Virus record (IMG/VR): IMGVR_UViG_3300017784_005996
Location: 1-32,889 of that record
Reading direction: 5' to 3' (one strand)
DNA length: 32,889 nucleotides
DNA from: a virus
Lineage: Duplodnaviria; Caudoviricetes
Every line of letters begins with the position of its first letter. Positions within the stretch are counted from its first letter, which is position 1. Under the pieces are notes generated by a model, which was not told the origin of the DNA, did no database searches, and worked only from the letters and a program-made list of their open reading frames with translations. The position numbers were made by a program, and so were the translations under genes. Positions 1-7,530 of the stretch are shown one piece after another.

Positions 1-296
1 TTACCAATAAAGTTGCTTCCTCTTTGTTCAAGGGAAACAATTTTATGAGAAACACGATCAAGATTAACGGTTGGACCATCAGGGTGTCCGAGTTCTCCAA
101 GAGCACGACCTTTACCGACAAATGCCTCATTATATCTTCTTACTTCGCGGGTAAGAGTTTGCATTGGATACATTCTGCCGTTACGATTACAGATATCACC
201 TTGAAGGAAAACTCCCTCAATAAACATTTTCTTTTCGGCACCTTTACCTTCGGTGATGAATTTAACCTGTTGTACTTCTTCTGTGATGAGTTTCAT
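1..296 (-). CDS. gp21: Prohead core scaffolding protein / prohead protease (T4 gp21-like), 3' end runs off the window
   Basis: Not in the ORF track. Manual translation from ATG at 296 gives MKLITEEVQQVKFITEGKGAEKKMFIEGVFLQGDICNRNGRMYP...RALGELGHPDGPTVNLDRVSHKIVSL. NRNGRxYP and ALGELGHP are gp21 hallmarks, and the gene lies downstream of gp20. Confidence 0.96.
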   Translation of the reverse strand, partial: MKLITEEVQQVKFITEGKGAEKKMFIEGVFLQGDICNRNGRMYPMQTLTREVRRYNEAFVGKGRALGELGHPDGPTVNLDRVSHKIVSLEQRGSNFIG

Positions 297-297
297 T

Positions 298-564
298 TTA
301 GTTTGTGAATGCTACTTTATTTGCTTTAATAGCTGCTGAAGTCCAAATGACATCAGTACTTGTTTTTTGTAAGAATTCAACAGATGAACTTGGTAATGCA
401 AAGAAATTTGTAGTTGCGGCACCAACTAAAGTGTTTATTCCGACAGTTACAATACCAGTTTGATTATTATATAAGCGAACGCAAGTTGCATCACCGATAC
501 TACTAGCAGTACCAGCACTGGTTGGAGTACTTACTTCAGTTGTAATAATCTTAGTGATTGTCAT
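298..564 (-). CDS. Conserved hypothetical protein (88 aa) immediately upstream of gp21
   Basis: ORF in operon orientation. Its start overlaps the upstream stop (TAATG at 562-566) and its stop lies 1 nt before the gp21 ATG. Thr/Ser/Ala-rich, with ATCVRLYN and VEFLQK segments like small cyanophage ORFs found at this position. Confidence 0.85.
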   Translation of the reverse strand: MTITKIITTEVSTPTSAGTASSIGDATCVRLYNNQTGIVTVGINTLVGAATTNFFALPSSSVEFLQKTSTDVIWTSAAIKANKVAFTN

Positions 565-731
565 TATTCTTGATCCTCGTATGATGGTTCATTACCAAAC
601 ATAGATGTGGCAACTAAAGGTCGAGCAGCATCAACTCTTTCTGCTGCCTTAGCAAACAGAACGTCTTTAATTTTGTCACTGATTTCTGATGCTGACGAAT
701 CAGTAGCAATCAAGTCGATAAGTTCTTCCAT
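564..731 (-). CDS. Small acidic protein (55 aa), positional equivalent of T4 prohead core gp67
   Basis: Below the ORF-track cutoff. Manual translation: MEELIDLIATDSSASEISDKIKDVLFAKAAERVDAARPLVATSMFGNEPSYEDQE*. Preceded by late promoter boxes, TAATG-coupled to the next ORF, and fills the gp20-gp21 gap. Confidence 0.85.
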   Translation of the reverse strand: MEELIDLIATDSSASEISDKIKDVLFAKAAERVDAARPLVATSMFGNEPSYEDQE

Positions 732-743
732 AAAAATTTAGTA

Positions 744-763
744 TATTTATATTTTTATTTATA
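744..763 (-). promoter_or_regulatory. Two tandem T4-type late promoter boxes (TATAAATA at 744-751 and 756-763)
   Basis: The + strand has TATTTATA twice, which is the exact gp55 late consensus on the minus strand, 12 and 24 nt upstream of the 55-aa ORF start. Confidence 0.75.
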
Positions 764-2477
764 TTTTTACCTTTTTAGCATCTTTTTGTGACTGAGCATC
801 TGTTATTGCTCCTTGTTTATCAATATTATCCTCTTTGGGAATTTGACCAGCATCCATACCATTTTGACCCATACCTGATGTACCGTAACCAACTCCTTCT
901 GGAGGTAATGGTTCTCCAGTAATTGGATCAATTGCTGAAGGATCTGGAATAATGCCATCCTTAATTTCCAATTTAATTTGCTTATCTATTTCGATAATAT
1001 CGGAATCAGTTTGGCGAAGAATTTTTGTTCTAACATAACGAGCAGAATAGTATTTTCCAATATATGGTTCAATTGTTGCTGCCAATGCAAGTCTATCATT
1101 CATCAATTCAGATTCTTTCAACTCTGAAAATTGATTATCATAGATAAAATCATATTGAATGTGATCAGACATTCTTTCCCAATCTTCCACGGAGACAATA
1201 TTTTTAAGAATTAATTGAGTTCTTAACATATCTGTAAACAAATTTGCAAATCTTTTTCTAAGTCTTCCAACAAATTTTGTAAATTTTAATTCATCACGGA
1301 GAATTTCAGATGATCTACCAAGATTAAAACCACCATCAGAAGCAATTCTGGATTCTGGAACTCCAAGTGCTCTATAAAGTTTCTTTTGAAAATATTCAAT
1401 ATCGGAAAGTTCTCCCAGATTTTGCCCACCAGGAAGAGTTGTAATTTCCGTTCCTCTACCACCTTCCCTACGTGGCAACCAAAAATCTTCAAGCATACTC
1501 ATATGCTTACGATCATCTCGAATTTCTCCAGTATTGGAATCATAAACAAGTTTGTTACGATATCGATTCATAACTTCTTTCAAATATTGCTCTGCCTTTA
1601 CCTTGGGAAGATTTCCTACATCAATATAAAAAATTCGTCTTTCTGGCGCACGAGATAATCTATAAATGACCAGAGAATCCTCAATCATTCTCAATTGATT
1701 GAGTGCCTTAATTGCTTTATGGAGATATGATAAAACAGTTCCTTTATTTCGATCTACTAATCCGGAAGTACAATAAGTAACAGAATCTTTTGCAATTTTA
1801 ACTCCTTTTTGAGCACCAGAGCTGGATAACATTCCAGTTGGATAATTTGGTGTTGGTGTGTAAATATAATATTCTTCTATTTCTGGTGAATATGAACGAT
1901 AATCAACCCTACCATTCATTGGATTGATCATCTCCGGATTCATATTTACTTTTGAATTTTTATCCAGTTTCTTTTCTTGACGTATATGGCGCATTTTCAT
2001 TGGATCAACATAACGAATTTCTTTAATGCCATCAGCAGCATTTTTTGGATCAATAATTTTTAAGTAGTATAAACGCCCATCAACGTACCAATTCCTAAAA
2101 ATCTCATGAGATTTTTTATCAAAATCCATGATCTCTTTAATATATTTAAATTCTTCTCTTATTTTGGTCTTTAATTTATCACTAACATCTAAATTTGATA
2201 GTTCAATTTCAACTGGAGAATCATAAAGATCACTAACAATTGCTTCATTAACAACATCTTCAATAGCACCATCACACTCCGGGTGAAGTGCCATTTCTCT
2301 ATATCTTCTAATTAAATCATTTTCTGTTCTAAAAATACCTTCAATATCTAAATATTGACCATAAAAACCACTTGCAACAAAATTATCAACCCCGTCCTCA
2401 TTATTTTGGGGAACGGGGGAGACGAGTTTAGATTTATTGTCAGGATCTTCAATAGAGAAACCAAAAAGTCTTGCCAT
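759..2477 (-). CDS. gp20: Portal vertex protein (T4 gp20-like)
   Basis: MARLFGFSI start; motifs YREMALHPECDGAIEDVVNEAIV, FRNWYVDGRLYY, NQLRMIEDSLVIYRLSRAPERRIFYIDVGNLPK, EDFWLPRREGGRGTEITTLPGGQNLG. Confidence 0.98.
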   Translation of the reverse strand: MARLFGFSIEDPDNKSKLVSPVPQNNEDGVDNFVASGFYGQYLDIEGIFRTENDLIRRYREMALHPECDGAIEDVVNEAIVSDLYDSPVEIELSNLDVSDKLKTKIREEFKYIKEIMDFDKKSHEIFRNWYVDGRLYYLKIIDPKNAADGIKEIRYVDPMKMRHIRQEKKLDKNSKVNMNPEMINPMNGRVDYRSYSPEIEEYYIYTPTPNYPTGMLSSSGAQKGVKIAKDSVTYCTSGLVDRNKGTVLSYLHKAIKALNQLRMIEDSLVIYRLSRAPERRIFYIDVGNLPKVKAEQYLKEVMNRYRNKLVYDSNTGEIRDDRKHMSMLEDFWLPRREGGRGTEITTLPGGQNLGELSDIEYFQKKLYRALGVPESRIASDGGFNLGRSSEILRDELKFTKFVGRLRKRFANLFTDMLRTQLILKNIVSVEDWERMSDHIQYDFIYDNQFSELKESELMNDRLALAATIEPYIGKYYSARYVRTKILRQTDSDIIEIDKQIKLEIKDGIIPDPSAIDPITGEPLPPEGVGYGTSGMGQNGMDAGQIPKEDNIDKQGAITDAQSQKDAKKVKI

Positions 2478-2503
2478 ATTATATAATTTAACTTATTAAT
2501 TAT

Positions 2504-2511
2504 TATTTATT
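2504..2511 (-). promoter_or_regulatory. Late promoter box (AATAAATA) upstream of gp20
   Basis: + strand TATTTATT at the gp19 stop and intergenic gap, about 27 nt upstream of the gp20 ATG. Confidence 0.6.
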
Positions 2512-3073
2512 ATGAAATTGCTATTGTATTATTGTCGGATGTTAATTCCCAATAAAGAATTTGAAGTTCAACGGTGAATTCTTGGATGCTATCAGTTGTA
2601 TCCATTGAAAGATCAATCTGAGAAACATTAGTTGGGAAGACACCATAAAATTTATATGAACGAAGTACTGAACCACTTCTATCCAATTGATTGACTTTCA
2701 TACCATCAACTTGATAGGTTGATGGGTTAATGATACCAGTACCATCACTCAATTTACTAATTCCATTCATCCACTGCTCAAATGCTGTTCTAATTTTAAA
2801 ATCAGTATCGTTAATAACTGTAATAGTCCAAGTATCAAATGTTCTTTCACCTGCCAATTTTAAAATACGTCCCCTAAATGGAACCTCAACTGGGGTAATA
2901 AGAGATGCTGGAAGTGCTGCAGATTTTACAAGAAATTCTCCTAAAGTTTTGCTGGCCGGGCCGTCGGAAATTGGAACGTCGGAAGGAAATTCAAGATCTA
3001 CGGAAAATAGATTAGATCTTGCACCACCTCCGGTTAGTGCGCTTTTAAATTCGCTAATTTTTTTTAATGCCAT
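2510..3073 (-). CDS. gp19: Tail tube protein (T4 gp19-like)
   Basis: GGGARSNLF, LPAS...VPFRGRILKLAGERTFDTWTITVINDTDFKIRTAFEQWMN, FPTNVSQIDLS, IQEFTVELQ. GAGGT Shine-Dalgarno upstream; follows gp18. Confidence 0.97.
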   Translation of the reverse strand: MALKKISEFKSALTGGGARSNLFSVDLEFPSDVPISDGPASKTLGEFLVKSAALPASLITPVEVPFRGRILKLAGERTFDTWTITVINDTDFKIRTAFEQWMNGISKLSDGTGIINPSTYQVDGMKVNQLDRSGSVLRSYKFYGVFPTNVSQIDLSMDTTDSIQEFTVELQILYWELTSDNNTIAIS

Positions 3074-3107
3074 TGTTTTTACCTCTGAGTGTTTTTATTG
3101 ATTTAAA

Positions 3108-5762
3108 TTAAACAGTTCCGATAATTTCTTCAAAGGAAACACCCGTTCTCGTGGCAACAAAAGTTAGTCCAATAAAGTTAATTGAACGAGATGGTTTAAT
3201 ATAAATGTCAGCAATAAACTCATTGCTATCAATAACAGAGGCAGTATTATTGGTTTCATCACAAACAACGCGGAAGTCGATAATGCCTCTCTTTGCTTGA
3301 ATGTCGCGTAAGAAAGGTTCAACAATATTTACAAAAGTACTTCTTGTTGTATTATCATTAAATTCAAATAATTGATCCTTAGCGGCAGCACTGATTGCAT
3401 TTTCAATGTAGATGAATAATCTACGAACATTAATTCTGTCAAATGATGATGCTTTTGCAAGACCAGTTCTATCACCAAATAAAATAATTCCAGAACCTGG
3501 TGAGAAAATTACTGGATTAACTCTATTTGAATAAAGAACATCTCTCTGCAATTTAGATGGATTGTATGCAAGTTTAACTGCATTTAAAATTGCACCTCTA
3601 GTTGTTCCTGCTGGAGAAGTCCAAGGAGCTCCTTGAGTATCATTTCTTGCACATAGTCCTGCGATATCACCATTTAATGGAATGTATCTAAATGTTCCTG
3701 AGAACTTATCGTACATATACTTATATCCACTATCAAAAATTGCAAATGATGATGATGGAATTGCCGAATAATAACCAACTACATTATCTGTAATTGATGA
3801 TGCGGAAATTGGTAAATAAGATTCGGTTCCACTTGCTTGAAGAAGTCCAGATTTATATGGAGAAATAAATGCAATTGCATCTTTTCTTTCTTCGGCAACT
3901 GCAACAATTTTACTTGCCAATGCTTGTGCAGTTTCTTTTGTATATGCAGCAGATCCCATCAAAATGAAATCAACATCATATTGTTCAGTATTTGTTAATA
4001 GATCATATCCTGAAGATACATCTGCTAATGAACTGCTTAAAGCATTTGAATTTGAAAGATCACTTCCACCATCATAATTTAATCCACCAGTCATATTATA
4101 AGTTTGAGAACCGATGCAATCATATACTAGATTTTCTTCTGTATCAGCGTTCCAATTTCCATTAGTTGCTAATGTAAATCCGGCACTAAATCCACAAGTA
4201 ACAACTCCTGTTGGTTCTGATCCAGCAAATATAAATGAGGATCCTTCCGAAACATATTTGTTCCAGTAAGATGGGCTACCTGCAGAATAAACTGCATTTT
4301 TTGCTTTAGAAAGTGAAAGATGTTTTTCTAAGATAGTTCCTTCATTTCCGGTAATATCTCCATCACCATCAATAACCACAACGTGGATTTCATCAAATCT
4401 TGTTCCACGAGCACTTGCAAAAGTTGAAGTTGATGGTCTATTTGCTAGAGAATTCCAATTTACAGTGCTATTGGTTAAAGTAATTGTTTGTTGATCAAAC
4501 CAATCTGGAGCAGATGCTACTGTTCTTGCTGCAACATCACCATTTAAAAATGAATTAACTCTAACAAATTCTGTTGATCCACTAAATTGAGCATAAGAAT
4601 CTGCTGTGAAAATTGTTGATAACCCACTACGTGTTGTTGTGAGACCCAATACAGTTTCGGTAGCATTCACCGTAGAACTTAAAGTTGCAATACCAGAATA
4701 TTGTTTCAAATATGCAACTGCCACACCATCAGTATGATCCGTTGCACTAGTTCCAACTTGACCTCTAGTAACACCGGAAATTGTTCCAGTAGAAATTGAT
4801 GCTGCAGAAATACTGATTAATTCATTGTCAATCAGAAGGAAACTTCCAGTTCCTGTGGAAATGCCAGAAGTTGAAATGCCGAGAGATGTTGCGGTATAAA
4901 TTAAAGGTTGACCGCCAGCATTATCCAGTGTTGTGGAAAGAATTAAATTGTATGCAGTAATTGCAATTCCCGCATTAATGGATCCTGCAGTAGAACCAAG
5001 TGATCCTCTAGTTGCTGTGAAAGAAGTAGATCCTGCACCAGATCCAACAAATGTAATATTAGTACTAGATGCAAATTTATATACACCATTTGGAGTATAA
5101 TCAACATTAGTTGCTGTTCCGCCAGCACTTACATGGGATAAAAGTTTTACATCTACTTTCGTATTGACAGTATCTACATCAGTAATGATGCCTTTAAAAT
5201 ATCCATCTAATACTGATGTTGTTCCACTTCCTGCCAAAACTGTATTTGCCGGAACTGGTTGAGTAACTCCAAGACCAACAGTTAATCCGGAAATTGAATT
5301 TACTGTTAAAATTTGATCTGCTTTGCCGTCAATGACTGCAATTTTTAATCCATTTGCCCAAGAACCAGGATTTCTTGCCGCAAATGTAACGCTTGTGATG
5401 GGATTTTCATCATATCCCTTATTCACATAATCTTCATAACTTTTAATTTTGATTGGAGAACCGGAACCAACTTTAGCATTTTTTAAACTAGTCCCATCAG
5501 ATCTCAAAACCTGAAGATTTCCACCATATGCTAAGTATGATGATGCAACAAACCAACTTTCGTAATGGTTTCCTACAGAGTATGGTTCTCCAAAATTTGC
5601 TAAAAGTTCCTGCTCATTAGTGGTAATGACTACACTTTCGACAGGTCCTTTTGCAAATGGAGCTACAATAGCTGCGGTAGCATTGGAAGTTGGATCAACT
5701 CTTCCATTTGTTAAATCTACTTCTCTTACAATAATTCCAGGAGATGCTAAATTGAGTGGCAT
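3108..5762 (-). CDS. gp18: Contractile tail sheath protein (T4 gp18-like), 884 aa with an internal insertion
   Basis: LASPGIIVREVDLT, APFAKGP, ARNPGSWAN, DSGYKYMYDKF, PLNGDIAGLCAR, SPAGTTRG, FDRINVRRLF, LFEFND, KPSRSINFIGLTFVATRTGVSFEE. GGAG Shine-Dalgarno upstream. Confidence 0.98.
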   Translation of the reverse strand: MPLNLASPGIIVREVDLTNGRVDPTSNATAAIVAPFAKGPVESVVITTNEQELLANFGEPYSVGNHYESWFVASSYLAYGGNLQVLRSDGTSLKNAKVGSGSPIKIKSYEDYVNKGYDENPITSVTFAARNPGSWANGLKIAVIDGKADQILTVNSISGLTVGLGVTQPVPANTVLAGSGTTSVLDGYFKGIITDVDTVNTKVDVKLLSHVSAGGTATNVDYTPNGVYKFASSTNITFVGSGAGSTSFTATRGSLGSTAGSINAGIAITAYNLILSTTLDNAGGQPLIYTATSLGISTSGISTGTGSFLLIDNELISISAASISTGTISGVTRGQVGTSATDHTDGVAVAYLKQYSGIATLSSTVNATETVLGLTTTRSGLSTIFTADSYAQFSGSTEFVRVNSFLNGDVAARTVASAPDWFDQQTITLTNSTVNWNSLANRPSTSTFASARGTRFDEIHVVVIDGDGDITGNEGTILEKHLSLSKAKNAVYSAGSPSYWNKYVSEGSSFIFAGSEPTGVVTCGFSAGFTLATNGNWNADTEENLVYDCIGSQTYNMTGGLNYDGGSDLSNSNALSSSLADVSSGYDLLTNTEQYDVDFILMGSAAYTKETAQALASKIVAVAEERKDAIAFISPYKSGLLQASGTESYLPISASSITDNVVGYYSAIPSSSFAIFDSGYKYMYDKFSGTFRYIPLNGDIAGLCARNDTQGAPWTSPAGTTRGAILNAVKLAYNPSKLQRDVLYSNRVNPVIFSPGSGIILFGDRTGLAKASSFDRINVRRLFIYIENAISAAAKDQLFEFNDNTTRSTFVNIVEPFLRDIQAKRGIIDFRVVCDETNNTASVIDSNEFIADIYIKPSRSINFIGLTFVATRTGVSFEEIIGTV

Positions 5763-5799
5763 CTTTATTCTCCCCTACAAGGCCAATGTATTCTAGAAA

Positions 5800-5807
5800 T
5801 ATTTATA
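5800..5807 (-). promoter_or_regulatory. Late promoter box (TATAAATA) upstream of gp18
   Basis: Exact consensus in the gp17-gp18 intergenic gap, about 38 nt upstream of the gp18 ATG. Confidence 0.8.
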
Positions 5808-5826
5808 AATTCCTATGCCTTGACAA

Positions 5827-7527
5827 CTATTGATAATCCCACATATAAGACCGATCACCATATTCGTCCATATTCCAAACTTCTAATGGTTGATTATCTT
5901 TAGATGCCGATGCAAACATCCACCTATCTCCACCTTTTTCATCAAAAAATACACCATCAACATCATTGACACCATCCGAAATAAATCCAAATGGTGCCAT
6001 ATCCGCTTCTATCTGATCTTCTTGTTCTTCATAAATTCTTTTGCGGATATCATCATTTGTCATTTCTTTAAAATATGGTTGTGCAACCAACCACGCAAAA
6101 ATAACCAGACACATCATCAAATCATCATTACAACCTTCTTCTGCTTGAAATGAATTGTTTCTTTGTATAAAGGTTGTCATTTCACTAATAATATCATAAT
6201 CATTTGTTAATAATTTATCATCTTCTATTAAAGTTCTTAGATTGGAACATCCCAATTTTTTAACTGATGCAGTCATTCTCAAACCAAGATATGATCTTTT
6301 ACCACTAAATCCCGTTCCGACTATTTGCCCACTACGACCTCTTTGGGAGCACATCAAAATATTATCATATTCCAAATCAAAATGTAATATATTTGCTATT
6401 TGATCTCCTATATCATTAATTTCAATAAGTAACCAAGAATAATTATATGCTTTTGCTATAGGCTCAATAATGCTTGGAAAAAGCATCGGTTTAATTTCAT
6501 TATTTTTATATTTTGCTACTACCTTATATGGAAATGCTGTAATATCAAAAACTGCAAATGCCGAATAATCACTTCCAACTCCTCTGGCAACATCGACAGT
6601 AATCATATAATTATGATCCTGTATAGGATCCTCATAAATATCCAAACCTTTATTTCGTTTTATTGGATCATCATAAACAAGATTTCGTAGTTTTGATGGG
6701 TTAATAAGAGTATCAACAGATCCTAAGAATTCGCATTCAAACTCAACCTTAAATTGTTGCTCGCTAGTATTTGCAATCGTTTGCTCCTTCCATGCGGCAT
6801 CTCTACCAGGAACTTCGAACCAATGGACATCTGTAGGTACATATGCGTTCTTACCCCTCTCAGAATCGTGCCACATGCGATAGAAGTGATTCATACCGTG
6901 GGGGGTAGAAACAATAATTACCTTAGTTGAATTACCAGAAGAAATAGTAGGATAAACAGATGCAAAGAAGTCATCGGCAATGTGATTTGGAATAAACGCA
7001 AATTCGTCCAAGAAGATGATGTTGTATGAACCACCACGAACAGCAGATGAAGAAGTGGAGTTTGCAGAAATTTTTGATCCATTTTCCAATTCTAATGATC
7101 CTTTGTTCCAAGATATAATACCTTGTTGCATCCAATCTGGGAGATTTTCATAGGCAAGTTGCAATCTGCCCAAAAGATCTCTTGCTGTAGATGCTTTGTT
7201 TGCCAGAATAGCAATATTTACATTGTCATTAAATACTGCATAATGTAAAAGATATGATACGCAAGTAGTACTTTTTCCTGTCTGACGAGGCATCTTACAA
7301 ATATTAAATCTGTACTCGTGAAAATTTTTAATTAACTTCTCTTGGAACGGATACATTTTAAAAGGTTGTAATCCATAATCCAGAGTAACAATTTTAATAT
7401 AATTAAGTGCAAAATATACTGGATCTCCTTTGCACTTTACAAATTCATAAATTTGTTCTTCAGTCCAATTATGAGGAACGTTTGCCCTCTTTAAATTTGG
7501 ATTACCTAAGTAAATGTTGTCCGACAT
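5827..7527 (-). CDS. gp17: Terminase large subunit (T4 gp17-like)
   Basis: YLGNPNLK N-terminus, Walker A MPRQTGKST, Walker B IIFLDEFAF, coupling motif IIVSTPHGMNHFY, nuclease motifs DVARGVGSDYSAF and DDLMMCLV. Uninterrupted. Confidence 0.98.
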   Translation of the reverse strand: MSDNIYLGNPNLKRANVPHNWTEEQIYEFVKCKGDPVYFALNYIKIVTLDYGLQPFKMYPFQEKLIKNFHEYRFNICKMPRQTGKSTTCVSYLLHYAVFNDNVNIAILANKASTARDLLGRLQLAYENLPDWMQQGIISWNKGSLELENGSKISANSTSSSAVRGGSYNIIFLDEFAFIPNHIADDFFASVYPTISSGNSTKVIIVSTPHGMNHFYRMWHDSERGKNAYVPTDVHWFEVPGRDAAWKEQTIANTSEQQFKVEFECEFLGSVDTLINPSKLRNLVYDDPIKRNKGLDIYEDPIQDHNYMITVDVARGVGSDYSAFAVFDITAFPYKVVAKYKNNEIKPMLFPSIIEPIAKAYNYSWLLIEINDIGDQIANILHFDLEYDNILMCSQRGRSGQIVGTGFSGKRSYLGLRMTASVKKLGCSNLRTLIEDDKLLTNDYDIISEMTTFIQRNNSFQAEEGCNDDLMMCLVIFAWLVAQPYFKEMTNDDIRKRIYEEQEDQIEADMAPFGFISDGVNDVDGVFFDEKGGDRWMFASASKDNQPLEVWNMDEYGDRSYMWDYQ

Positions 7528-7530
7528 AAT

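Noticed and set aside
24-308. + strand 94-aa ORF from the track
   Set aside because: Antisense shadow of gp21, which has clear family motifs on the minus strand.
2951-2990. GC-rich patch with a short direct repeat CGTCGGAA x2 in gp19
   Set aside because: Only 8 nt, encodes the PSDV/ISDG loop, and there is no array or hairpin.
759-7527. Intein, intron or homing endonuclease in gp17 or gp20, which are common insertion targets
   Set aside because: Both are continuous and of normal length, with no splicing or LAGLIDADG/HNH/GIY-YIG motifs.
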